DNA from: Gammaproteobacteria bacterium
Lineage (GTDB): Bacteria; Pseudomonadota; Gammaproteobacteria; Ga0077536
Assembly (NCBI GenBank): GCA_050247235.1
Contig: JBFWUN010000003.1
Span: 13,171 to 77,170, forward strand
Direction: 5' to 3'
DNA: 64,000 nt
Part shown: piece by piece, positions 9,976 to 18,409 of the stretch
Layout of the letters: every line of letters starts with the position of its first letter
Numbering within the stretch: position 1 is the stretch's first letter
Notes under the pieces: model-generated
What the model was told of the DNA's origin: nothing
What the model saw: only the letters and a program-made list of their open reading frames with translations
The model's database searches: none
Position numbers and translations under genes: made by a program

Positions 9976-10643
9976 GCGCGTGAGCGCCGCGCCGGGGAAG
10001 CGGTCGCCGCCCCCGGCGTCGCGGTCGCCGCACACCACAGCGACACCGCGAATACCAGCACCCAGCCGGACAGCAGCACGCTTGCCAGCCGCTGGAACAG
10101 TCCTGCCCGTTCCTCGCTGAACTGCATGTAGAACAACACCACCAGGGTCCAGATCGCAACGCCGATGCCGCCCGCGAAGAGATGCGCGAGCGCGCGTTCG
10201 CGCCGCACGCCGATGCCGACGAATAGTGCGGCGAGCATCATCGCCGCATAGCCGGCACGCGCATACGCGTGATGCCATTCCTGCGCGCGGGAGATGATGC
10301 TCGGATCGCAACCGGGCTCACACGGAAAGTAACCGGTGCCGATGCGCGCGGCGCCGCTCAGCGCGACCAGCGCCACACCGGCCAGCGCGAGCGGGCGTGC
10401 GCGCAGCCGCCACGCGGCGGCCGCCGCGAACAGCAGGTACAGCAGGCCGGTGACGTAGAAACCGGCCACGCGCATCAGGTCCGCGGTGGGCGCATCGCGC
10501 GCGGCCAGTTCCGAGATGAAGTCTGTGACGTGGGAATAGCCCGGGAACCGGCTCGCACACCACGCGATCATCACGCCCCACCACAGCGGTCCGATGATCC
10601 CGCACGCGAGCCCCAGCCGCTCGGGCAGGCTCGCGTGCGTCAT
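9972..10643 (-). CDS. Polytopic membrane protein (DUF998-like)
   Basis: 223-aa ORF with several hydrophobic helices (GIIGPLWWGVMIAW..., LLYLLFAAAAAW..., VAIWTLVVLFYMQF...). High GC3. Confidence 0.5.
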   Translation of the reverse strand: MTHASLPERLGLACGIIGPLWWGVMIAWCASRFPGYSHVTDFISELAARDAPTADLMRVAGFYVTGLLYLLFAAAAAWRLRARPLALAGVALVALSGAARIGTGYFPCEPGCDPSIISRAQEWHHAYARAGYAAMMLAALFVGIGVRRERALAHLFAGGIGVAIWTLVVLFYMQFSEERAGLFQRLASVLLSGWVLVFAVSLWCAATATPGAATASPARRSRA

Positions 10644-10693
10644 GGGGTGATGCGCGGCGCGCCGGACGGTGCGGGCAGGCGCGGGCGCATACG

Positions 10694-11455
10694 TCAGAGG
10701 TTGCCCTTGTGCTGAACCCCGTCCACGGCGAGCGTCACACCGGACACCCAGCTCGCCTTCTGCGAAGCCAGGAAGACCACGGCGTTCGCGATTTCTTCAG
10801 GGCGACCCATGCGGCCGAACGGAATCGACGCGACCACGCTGTCGTAGAACGCCTTGTTGCCCTTGTGCACGTTGTCCCAGAAGCCGTCGGGGAAATCGAT
10901 CGAGCCGGGTGCGACGCAGTTCACGCGGATACCCTTTGGCGCCAGCTCGACCGCCATGCTCTTCGAGTGACTGACGAGCGCCGCCTTCACCGCGGCATAG
11001 GCGGCCACCCCTGGCAGGCTCGCTTCCAGGCCGGAGATCGAGCTGATGTGGATGATCGCGCCGCCACCCTGCGCCTCGAGCCACGGCACCACTTTCCACG
11101 TCGCGCGTACCGGCGCCATCACGTCCACCGCGAGGCTCGCCGCCCAGCCATCCTCGTTGTCGGTGACGCCGAACCCGGACGGATTGTTGACCAGCACGTC
11201 CACACGGCCGAGCGCCGCGTGCGCGCCGTCGAGGAACCGGTTCAGCTCCGCGGCGTTGCCCACGTCACAGCCCGCCGCATGCACCTTCACGCCCTTCGCG
11301 GCGAGTTCGCCACGCGTCTTCTCCAGGGCGTCGCCGCCGCGCGCGCAGATGGCGACGTTCGCGCCTTCGTCCGCGAAAGCGTGCGCGATCGCACGGCCGA
11401 TGCCCCGGCTTGCGCCGGTGACGATGACGCTCTTGCCCTTGAGTCCGAGATCCAT
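10694..11455 (-). CDS. Short-chain dehydrogenase/reductase (SDR) family oxidoreductase
   Basis: TGASRGIGRAIA cofactor motif, NNPSG, and the catalytic YAAVKAA (YxxxK). Confidence 0.85.
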   Translation of the reverse strand: MDLGLKGKSVIVTGASRGIGRAIAHAFADEGANVAICARGGDALEKTRGELAAKGVKVHAAGCDVGNAAELNRFLDGAHAALGRVDVLVNNPSGFGVTDNEDGWAASLAVDVMAPVRATWKVVPWLEAQGGGAIIHISSISGLEASLPGVAAYAAVKAALVSHSKSMAVELAPKGIRVNCVAPGSIDFPDGFWDNVHKGNKAFYDSVVASIPFGRMGRPEEIANAVVFLASQKASWVSGVTLAVDGVQHKGNL

Positions 11456-11473
11456 TGTGCGCTCCCCTCTCGT

Positions 11474-11947
11474 TTACTGACTGGATGGATGCGAATGCGC
11501 CGCGGCGCGTTCGACTGACAGCACGGTGCCCTCCACGCCGACCACCGTGACATGAGTGCCTTTCGGCAGGTCGGGTCCGGCGACGCGCCACCACGTATCG
11601 TCCACGTGCAGGCGGCCCACGCCGTCGACGATCGGTTCGGTCAGCGTGAAACGGCGTCCGACGTACTGCGCGCCGCGCCGGTTCAACGCGGGATGGCTGG
11701 TGGTCTCCGGGTGCGCCGCGCGGTAGCGTCGCCATGCGATGATCGTGGCCGCCGAGATCACCGCGAACAGCACGAGCTGTCCCTGCCATGCGAGCGCCGG
11801 CACCACCAGCAGCGCGACGCCGACGATCACGGCGCCCACGCCGAACCACAACAGGAACGTCCCTGGCAGCAGGGTCTCGGCGATCATCAGCACCACGCCG
11901 GCGATGAACCAGTGCCAGGGCCCGAGCCGGGCAAGCAGCTCCGTCAT
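11474..11947 (-). CDS. NfeD-family membrane protein (stomatin operon partner)
   Basis: 157 aa. N-terminal TM helices plus a C-terminal OB-like beta domain. Overlaps the upstream SPFH gene stop by 4 nt. Confidence 0.75.
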   Translation of the reverse strand: MTELLARLGPWHWFIAGVVLMIAETLLPGTFLLWFGVGAVIVGVALLVVPALAWQGQLVLFAVISAATIIAWRRYRAAHPETTSHPALNRRGAQYVGRRFTLTEPIVDGVGRLHVDDTWWRVAGPDLPKGTHVTVVGVEGTVLSVERAAAHSHPSSQ

Positions 11948-12879
11948 GACTTCTTCGTCGCCGCCTGGAGGGCTTCGCGCGCGAGTTCGCCGATGCCGCC
12001 GATCGATCCCAGCACGCCGGCGGTCTCCATCGGCATGAAGATCACCTTCTGGTTGGGCGCGGCGCCGATGCTGTGCATGGCCTCCACGTACTTGAGCGCC
12101 ACGAAGTAGTTGACCGCGGTGGTACCGCCGCTGCCGATCGCCTCGGAGACGGCCCGCGTTGCCTTGGCCTCCGCTTCGGCCAGGCGTTCACGTGCCTCGG
12201 CATCGCGGAACGCGGCTTCCCGCCGGCCCTCGGCCTCCAGCACGGCCGCCTGCTTTTCGCCTTCCGCCTTGAGGATCGAGGCTTGGCGCGAGCCCTCGGC
12301 CTCCAGGATCGCGGCGCGCTTCTCGCGTTCCGCCTTCATCTGTCGCGCCATCGACTCCACCAGGTCGTGCGGCGGCGTGATGTCCTTGATCTCGATGCGC
12401 GTGACCTTGAGGCCCCACGGATGCGTGGCTTCGTCCACCACTGCCAGCAGCCGCGAATTGATCACATCGCGCTTGGACAGTGACTCGTCGAGATCCATCG
12501 AACCGAGCACGGTGCGGATGTTGGTCATCGTCAGGTTCAGGATGGCGACTTCGAGATGATTGACCTCGTACGCGGCGCGCACCGCGTCCAGCACCTGGTA
12601 GAACACCACGCCGTCCACCTTGACCACGGCGTTGTCGCGCGTGATGACCTCCTGCGAGGGCACCTCGAGCACCTGTTCCATCATGTTGATCTTGCGGCCG
12701 ATGCTATCGACGTACGGGATGATGAGGCCGAGCCCGGGACGGAGTGTCGCGCGGTAGCGGCCGAACCGTTCAACCGTCCATTCGTATCCCTGCGGGACCA
12801 TCTTCGCGCCCTTGTACAGGGTCACGATTACGAGGACGACGAAGCCGAGGACGAACGAGCCGCCGATATCCATGGGCAC
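11944..12879 (-). CDS. SPFH/Band-7 stomatin-like protein (QmcA-like)
   Basis: 311 aa. N-terminal TM, SPFH core ([19 protein letters not shown]...) and a C-terminal Ala/Glu-rich coiled coil. Confidence 0.9.
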   Translation of the reverse strand: MPMDIGGSFVLGFVVLVIVTLYKGAKMVPQGYEWTVERFGRYRATLRPGLGLIIPYVDSIGRKINMMEQVLEVPSQEVITRDNAVVKVDGVVFYQVLDAVRAAYEVNHLEVAILNLTMTNIRTVLGSMDLDESLSKRDVINSRLLAVVDEATHPWGLKVTRIEIKDITPPHDLVESMARQMKAEREKRAAILEAEGSRQASILKAEGEKQAAVLEAEGRREAAFRDAEARERLAEAEAKATRAVSEAIGSGGTTAVNYFVALKYVEAMHSIGAAPNQKVIFMPMETAGVLGSIGGIGELAREALQAATKKS

Positions 12880-12904
12880 CCCCCTTTGAAAAACGAGAAA
12901 GCGC

Positions 12905-12992
12905 AGAAAACGGGGACAGACCCCGATTCCGAAGAATTGGGGCCTGTCCCCGTTCTCAGCTTCTTCGGAATCGGGGTCTGTCCCCGTTTTCT
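12905..12992. repeat. 88-bp element: perfect 32-bp inverted repeat arms (12905-12936 / 12961-12992) around a 24-nt loop that carries a third partial copy of the motif (CTGTCCCCGTT)
   Basis: Verified base by base. Lies 26 nt upstream of the stomatin start and downstream of the mbfA/small-ORF unit. On the minus strand the hairpin is followed by the U-rich UUUCUCGUUUUUC. Confidence 0.6.
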
Positions 12993-13062
12993 TGGGCGCT
13001 ATTCTACCGGGGAAGGTCGGGACGGGAAGCGCGGACGACGCGCCGGGCGGAGACTGGCCGGA

Positions 13063-13254
13063 TCACTCCTGGAGCGCGCGCTGCGCGAGCGCGGCGTCGA
13101 CATGCACGCGGTACCAGCTCAGGCAGCGCGCGTGGAAGGCGTCCAGCGCGGCTTCGGGCTCGACATTGGCATCGACCCTGCGGCACTCCATGTGGCGGTG
13201 TTCGCATCCGCACACTTCGCACTGCTGCACCCATTCCATCTCGATCTGCGCCAT
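13063..13254 (-). CDS. Hypothetical small Cys-rich protein (CxxC...C motifs)
   Basis: 63-aa ORF MAQIEMEWVQQCEVCGCEHRHMECRR... with high-GC3 codon usage. Immediately downstream of mbfA. No family recognised. Confidence 0.35.
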   Translation of the reverse strand: MAQIEMEWVQQCEVCGCEHRHMECRRVDANVEPEAALDAFHARCLSWYRVHVDAALAQRALQE

Positions 13255-13390
13255 CGCTCGGTCTCCGGAAGCGGCGGCCAGGATGGCGCGCCCTCGTGTC
13301 GTCGGGATGACGAGTCTGCGCGTTCCGGCCGGAAAAACCGTCGACCCCGTCCCGTCCCGCGTAAAACAACGCAACGCGGGCGGGCAGCCG

Positions 13391-14458
13391 TCACACTCCA
13401 AGGCCGGCGACGCCGAACAGGTGTCCCAGCAGCCACGTCGCCGCGCCGGCACCCGCGCCGATCGCGGTCATGCGGAGCCCGCTCGCGATCGCGCTGCGCC
13501 CCGTGAACAGCGACAGCGTGGCCCCCACGCTGAACAGGCCGGCGAGCGCAATTCCCGTGGTGACACCGAGCGGATGCCACCTGCCCGGGCCGAGATACGG
13601 CAGCAGCGGCAGTACGGCACCCACCGCGAACGCGACGAACGAGGCCGCGGCGGCTCCCCACGGGGAACCGAGATCGTCGGGATTCAGACCAAGCTCCTCG
13701 CGTGCCAGGGTGTCCAGCGCGTGCTCGGGGTGCGCGATGAGGGCGCGTGCAAAGTCCCGCGCCGTCTCCAGTGACAGCCCGCGCGCGTGGTAGATGAGCG
13801 CGAGTTCCTCGATCTCTTCCTCCGGGTAGCTCGCGAGTTCCGCGCGCTCGAGTGCGATCTGCGACTCGAACAGTTCGCGCTGCGAGCGCATCGAGAGGTA
13901 CTCCCCGGCAGCCATCGACAGTGCGCCGGCCAGCAGCCCGGCGATACCGGTCGTGAGAATCGTGCCGTTCGGTGCGCCGGCCCCGGCCACCCCGAGGATG
14001 AGGCAGGTGTTGGAGACCAGGCCATCATTGACCCCGAACACCGCCGCGCGCAGGTTGCCGCCTGCCGCGACTCCGCGATGTCGGGCGCCCACGTCCGCCA
14101 GCGCCGTCGGCATGGCATGACCCGCCGGCAGCGGCTGCGCACGCAGCGCGGACAGGCCGCGGACCTTGAGCGCCGCCAGCGCCGGCTTCAGCGCGCGCGG
14201 CCCGAGCCAGCGGATCCCCCAGCCCGCGAGCCGCGCGCGCAGATCCGGCGTGAATACCGGCAGCGGCGCGGGCGCCTGGCGTGCCCACAGCGCGGCCTGG
14301 GCGTCGGCCGCGTCGGCGAGCGACGCGAACATCCGCGCCACCGCCGGATCGGCTTCGTGCGCCGCGATCCGCCGGTACAGCCACGCGGAACGGCATTCCT
14401 CGTGCCAGCTGCGGAGGACCTCTGCGGGGGGTGCCGCGGACGGGGTGGGGGCGGTCAT
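13391..14458 (-). CDS. mbfA: Membrane-bound ferritin / VIT1-CCC1 family iron transporter (MbfA-like: N-terminal ferritin-like domain + VIT1 domain)
   Basis: 355 aa. N-terminal ExxH-containing helical region. GVNDGLVSN VIT1 signature and C-terminal TM helices. Confidence 0.75.
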   Translation of the reverse strand: MTAPTPSAAPPAEVLRSWHEECRSAWLYRRIAAHEADPAVARMFASLADAADAQAALWARQAPAPLPVFTPDLRARLAGWGIRWLGPRALKPALAALKVRGLSALRAQPLPAGHAMPTALADVGARHRGVAAGGNLRAAVFGVNDGLVSNTCLILGVAGAGAPNGTILTTGIAGLLAGALSMAAGEYLSMRSQRELFESQIALERAELASYPEEEIEELALIYHARGLSLETARDFARALIAHPEHALDTLAREELGLNPDDLGSPWGAAAASFVAFAVGAVLPLLPYLGPGRWHPLGVTTGIALAGLFSVGATLSLFTGRSAIASGLRMTAIGAGAGAATWLLGHLFGVAGLGV

Positions 14459-14477
14459 CGTGCGGGTCGCGCGGAGG

Positions 14478-15269
14478 CTACTTCACCGCGAAGCAGTAGA
14501 AGCTGTCGTTGAACCACGCGGCCCGCACCGTGACGTCGCGAAAGCCGGTCTCGCGGAGCGCCTGCCGCAATGTCTCCGGATCGAAATACACGAGGTGATC
14601 GGGCGGGCGATAGCCGCTCCACCGGGCACCGAGCAGCCGGCGGTTGAGGCCACCGTGATTGACGGTCTTCAGCAGCAGCACGCCGCCATCCTCAAGCAGC
14701 GCGTGACAGCGTGCGAGCGCTTCGCGCGGGGTGTGCAGGTGCTCGATCAGCGAGATCATCGTGATCGCATCGAACCGGCGCGTGCCGAAAGGGTATTCGC
14801 AGAAGTTGCCCACTACCACCTCCACGCCGAGCTTGCGTGCCGCGTCGGCGAGGTGGTCGGAAATCTCGATGCCCGTGCAGCGGTAATGTGCGCGCGCGTC
14901 ACGCAGGAATGCGCCCGTGCCGCAGCCGATGTCGAGCACCGTGGCACCCGGCGGCTTGCGGCGTGCGAGTTCGCGCAGGAACAGGGTGCCCTTCGAGCGT
15001 CCGGACAGGCGGCGCAACCAGTGCCGGATCCATGCGGCAAGTCGGCTGCCGATGCCGCGACGCTTGCGCACCCGGCGATCTTCGATTGCCTCTGCCGAGT
15101 AGAACGCCGGGCGGGATTCGGGCGTGGGGTAGGGGTCGATGCGTGCGAGCCCGCAGGTGGCACAGCGCCGGATGTCCCACGCGCCGATGCGATGCAGGGT
15201 TGTCGCCTGCGTGCCGTTGCACCATGGGCAGTGACCCGAAGGCGTGGCGGTGCTGACGGCGTCGGACAT
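14478..15269 (-). CDS. Class I SAM-dependent methyltransferase with N-terminal zinc ribbon
   Basis: CPWC...CATCG zinc ribbon, then VLDIGCGTGAF (motif I) and LLEDGGVLLL (post-motif II). Confidence 0.8.
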   Translation of the reverse strand: MSDAVSTATPSGHCPWCNGTQATTLHRIGAWDIRRCATCGLARIDPYPTPESRPAFYSAEAIEDRRVRKRRGIGSRLAAWIRHWLRRLSGRSKGTLFLRELARRKPPGATVLDIGCGTGAFLRDARAHYRCTGIEISDHLADAARKLGVEVVVGNFCEYPFGTRRFDAITMISLIEHLHTPREALARCHALLEDGGVLLLKTVNHGGLNRRLLGARWSGYRPPDHLVYFDPETLRQALRETGFRDVTVRAAWFNDSFYCFAVK

Positions 15270-15287
15270 GGGCTGACAGCGCGCGGT

Positions 15288-16370
15288 CTACACGGCCCGC
15301 GCGGTGCGCGCAAACACGCGATCCGCGATGTCCTGCGCGGCGTCCCGCCGTGTCGCGAGCGCGTGGGCGCAGGCGCGCTGGTTGCGCGCACGCACGAGGT
15401 TGTGTGCGCCACGGCTGTCGAAGCGCGCCGGGTCCCAGGCGAAATAGGCCTCGTTCAGCGCGTCGGCGGCGAAGCGCATCGCGAGCTCGAGATGGATGGT
15501 CTCGGTGGCGGCGACGATCGAGGCCGCTTCGGCCTCGAGCAGGTAGTCACGGGTGGCCTCCGCGTAGCCCGCGAGCGCGGCCTCGAAGATCGGGAGGTCG
15601 AACGTGGCGCGCGGCGCATCCTCGGCCTGGGGATTGCACCACGAGCGCAGTGCATCGCCGAGCTCGTACGCGAGCGGCGCGTAGGTCAAGGTATCGAGAT
15701 CGACCAGGCAGCCCGGTGTCGCGCCCGGTCCGAACAGCAGGTTGGAGAGCTTCGGATCGCCGTGCACCAGGCGCAGTGGGCGCGTCGTCACCGGTCCGAC
15801 GGCCGCGCTCGCCGCGTCGATTGACTCGGTGAGCGCGGCAACCTCGGCGTGGAGATCATGATCCGTGTGCCGCGCGAGCGCCTCGGCAAGCACCGCACGG
15901 TGGCGCGCCGGTTCGTGCACCGGAGGCCGCGGGCACGGCAGAGGACCCCGGAAGTCCGCCAGCGCCGCGTGGAATTCGCCGAGCATCCGTCCGGCGCACC
16001 GCGCATGCGCGAGCCCGGGCATCGCCGCGAAGGTCTCGCCCGCGACGAAGGTCAGCAGCCGCCACACGGCGTCATCGCGCGTGACCCACCACGCCCCGTC
16101 CGTGGTCGCGCACAGGCGCGGCGTCCGGTGTCCCTGTGCGGCGAGGTGGCGCGTGATACGCTCGAGATTGAGGTTGACCTCCGCGGGGAACGACGCGTGC
16201 AGGCGCTGCAGGACGAACTGGCGGCCGTCTGCCGCGGTAACCTGCCACGTGGTGTTGATCAGTCCATGCGTGATCGGGGCGAGCGCGCGCGGGGTGAGCG
16301 GGTACGCGGCGAGCGCGCCACGCGCCGCGAGTTCGGTGTCCACGGGCAGCGGTTTCATCCGGCGGATCAT
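15288..16370 (-). CDS. Aminoglycoside-phosphotransferase (APH)/homoserine-kinase-II-like family kinase
   Basis: 360 aa. LVHGDPKLSNLLF (catalytic HGD + N) and VDLDT (DxD) motifs. Confidence 0.75.
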   Translation of the reverse strand: MIRRMKPLPVDTELAARGALAAYPLTPRALAPITHGLINTTWQVTAADGRQFVLQRLHASFPAEVNLNLERITRHLAAQGHRTPRLCATTDGAWWVTRDDAVWRLLTFVAGETFAAMPGLAHARCAGRMLGEFHAALADFRGPLPCPRPPVHEPARHRAVLAEALARHTDHDLHAEVAALTESIDAASAAVGPVTTRPLRLVHGDPKLSNLLFGPGATPGCLVDLDTLTYAPLAYELGDALRSWCNPQAEDAPRATFDLPIFEAALAGYAEATRDYLLEAEAASIVAATETIHLELAMRFAADALNEAYFAWDPARFDSRGAHNLVRARNQRACAHALATRRDAAQDIADRVFARTARAV

Positions 16371-16436
16371 TCGGCGCGCCGCGGCGCGCGACAGGACTCA
16401 CGGGAGACGCGGGCTATCATCGGGCGATCATACACA

Positions 16437-17885
16437 ATGCCGCCACACCGGCCCGGACCGCGTCGCCCGCGGCGCGGCGTCGTCGCCGCCCTCGCGCTGC
16501 TCGCGGGCTGTGCCGCGCTTCCCGATACCCGGCGCGCGCTGCCGGACGATCTCGCGCAGTGCCACGTGCGCTTCGTGGCTTTCGACCGCGAGGTCGCGGC
16601 GCGCGGGACCCGTTACAGCGCGGTGGCACCCGTGACGGGGTACCCGTTCCTGAAAGTCGATCGCTTCCTCGCGAGTTTCGCCGACGATGCCCGGGCCGCC
16701 CCGCTGCGCGAAGTCTGGCTCCGCGCGCTCGCGGCGCGCGATGCAGAGGCGCGCCGCATGGAGGCCGCAGCGCTCCCCGCGGCGCCATCGCTCGCCGCGC
16801 TGAACGAATGTCGCGATCGGCTCGTTGCGCACGTGCTCGCGGACCCTTCCGCAGTGGACCGCGTGCGCGCCGTCGCACGGGTGCCGGACGAATACCGCAC
16901 CTGGTGGCGTATCGCCGGGCTGTACCCGCTCGCGCGGCGGGTCGCGCTCGCCGGTGTGCGCCGGTTGCAGACCGCGCACCCGGTCGCGCCGGCGGCCGAT
17001 CCCGGTGCCGGGGTCGCCTACGCGAGCGATGCGGTGCCGGGAGTGTCCGCGCCGGACTGGTCCGGGCTCCCGCGCGATGCATTCGGGCGCGTCCGTCCCG
17101 GCCGCGCGCAGCGCGCCGCGCTGTTCGCCCGGCATGCCCCGACGTGGCGCGTGGCCACGGCATCCTCCGCGGACGCGATCGGCGCGCCGCGCTGGTGGGG
17201 TGCCGAACTCGGCGTCGACCCGTCGCTGCCCGTGGAGTACCGGTATCTCGACCACACGCGCTTCGGCGATCAGGTGCTGACCCGGCTGCACTACGTGGTG
17301 TGGTTCGGCGCACGGCCGGCGCAGGGCGCGATCGATCTGCTCGCGGGCCGGCTCGACGGTCTAACGTGGCGCGTGACCCTGGATGTGGACGGCTCGCCGC
17401 TCGCGTATGACGTCATGCACAACTGCGGCTGCTACCACCAGTGGTACCCCGGCCCGCCACTGGTGCCGCGCCCACCGCGCGCCGACGAGGAGCCGCCGTG
17501 GACACCGTTCACGCTGGCGCCGCCGCCGCCGGGGCAGCGCGTGGCGATCCACCTCGCGCCCGGGACGCATTACGTCACCGCCGTCACGCACGCGGCGCCG
17601 GATCCCCGCGCCGTGCCGCTCGCGCCGCGGGCGTACGCCTCGCTGTACCGGCTGCGCGGGCCCGTGCGCCGCGGGCTCTTCGCGTCCGACGGCAGCGTGC
17701 CCGAGAGCGCGCGCGGCGAGCGCTTCGTGCTGTGGCCGCTCGGCGTGCCCGCGCCCGGCGCGATGCGCGGCCGGGGACATCACGCCACGGCGTTTGTCGG
17801 TCGAAGGCATTTCGACGATGCGCGGATCCTGGATCGCCTCTTCACGCGGAGCCCGGTCAACGGGGACCCGGCAACCGTGCGCTGA
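16437..17885 (+). CDS. Hypothetical lipoprotein
   Basis: The ORF track start (15849) overlaps the divergent kinase gene. The internal ATG at 16437 gives MPPHRPGPRRPRRGVVAALALLAGC with a lipobox LLAGC. 482 aa, no family recognised. Confidence 0.55.
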   Translation: MPPHRPGPRRPRRGVVAALALLAGCAALPDTRRALPDDLAQCHVRFVAFDREVAARGTRYSAVAPVTGYPFLKVDRFLASFADDARAAPLREVWLRALAARDAEARRMEAAALPAAPSLAALNECRDRLVAHVLADPSAVDRVRAVARVPDEYRTWWRIAGLYPLARRVALAGVRRLQTAHPVAPAADPGAGVAYASDAVPGVSAPDWSGLPRDAFGRVRPGRAQRAALFARHAPTWRVATASSADAIGAPRWWGAELGVDPSLPVEYRYLDHTRFGDQVLTRLHYVVWFGARPAQGAIDLLAGRLDGLTWRVTLDVDGSPLAYDVMHNCGCYHQWYPGPPLVPRPPRADEEPPWTPFTLAPPPPGQRVAIHLAPGTHYVTAVTHAAPDPRAVPLAPRAYASLYRLRGPVRRGLFASDGSVPESARGERFVLWPLGVPAPGAMRGRGHHATAFVGRRHFDDARILDRLFTRSPVNGDPATVR

Positions 17886-17903
17886 TCGCGGGCACCGCGC
17901 GGG

Positions 17904-18368
17904 TCAGTCGCCCGCGTGGTGGTCGCCGCCGGCAGTCAGGCTTTTCAGGTGGGCGAGCTCCCGGCGCGCGTCGGCGAGTTCCGCGAGCGCGCGATCGCGT
18001 TCGCGTTCCACGCGCGCTGTCTCCGCCAGCGCGTCGAACGCCGAGTGTTCGGCGCGTTCGGCACGCGCGAGGGCTTCGCTGCGCTGTTCACTCAGGTGGG
18101 ATTCGAGCTGCGACGCGCCGAGAGTCTGGCGCCAGAAATGCCGGAGCATCGAGAAGTTCGGCCAGTGGCTGTGATCCCCAAGCCCGTGCTGCTCTCGCAG
18201 CGCCGCGAACTCCGGGCGTTGCAGGTGCTGGAGCGCCGCCTCGTCCAGGAAGTCGAGGCACTCGCGCGCACCTTCGTCCTCACTGGCGCCGCGCGCGGCC
18301 TGCGCCGCCCTGTGCAGTGCGCGGGCTTCGAAAAAGCCGGCCTCTCCGTCTTCGAATTCGATGTTCAT
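17904..18368 (-). CDS. Hypothetical acidic coiled-coil protein
   Basis: ORF with coding-like GC3, directly downstream of the M16 peptidase gene on the same strand. Start ambiguous: ATG at 18368, or a GTG at 18413 that overlaps the peptidase stop. Confidence 0.35.
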   Translation of the reverse strand: MNIEFEDGEAGFFEARALHRAAQAARGASEDEGARECLDFLDEAALQHLQRPEFAALREQHGLGDHSHWPNFSMLRHFWRQTLGASQLESHLSEQRSEALARAERAEHSAFDALAETARVERERDRALAELADARRELAHLKSLTAGGDHHAGD

Positions 18369-18409
18369 ATCGATGTCGGCAATGACGTTGCCGGCGGCGA
18401 CGTCGCGCG

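Noticed and set aside
7908-10159. 452-aa minus ORF (7908..9266) and the 507-aa extended version of the kinase ORF (to 10159)
   Set aside because: The former is a shadow over the DMGDH 3' end. The latter is an in-frame upstream over-extension; the conserved kinase starts at the internal ATG 9691.
12556-13774. 316-aa and 260-aa plus-strand ORFs across the stomatin-mbfA intergenic region
   Set aside because: They span the 88-bp IR element and are antisense to mbfA and the small ORF, with Arg-rich composition. No support.
14166-17313. 552-aa plus ORF (14166..15824) and 298/287-aa minus ORFs (16417..17313)
   Set aside because: Frame shadows over the methyltransferase, kinase and lipoprotein genes; low-complexity Arg/Ala-rich translations.
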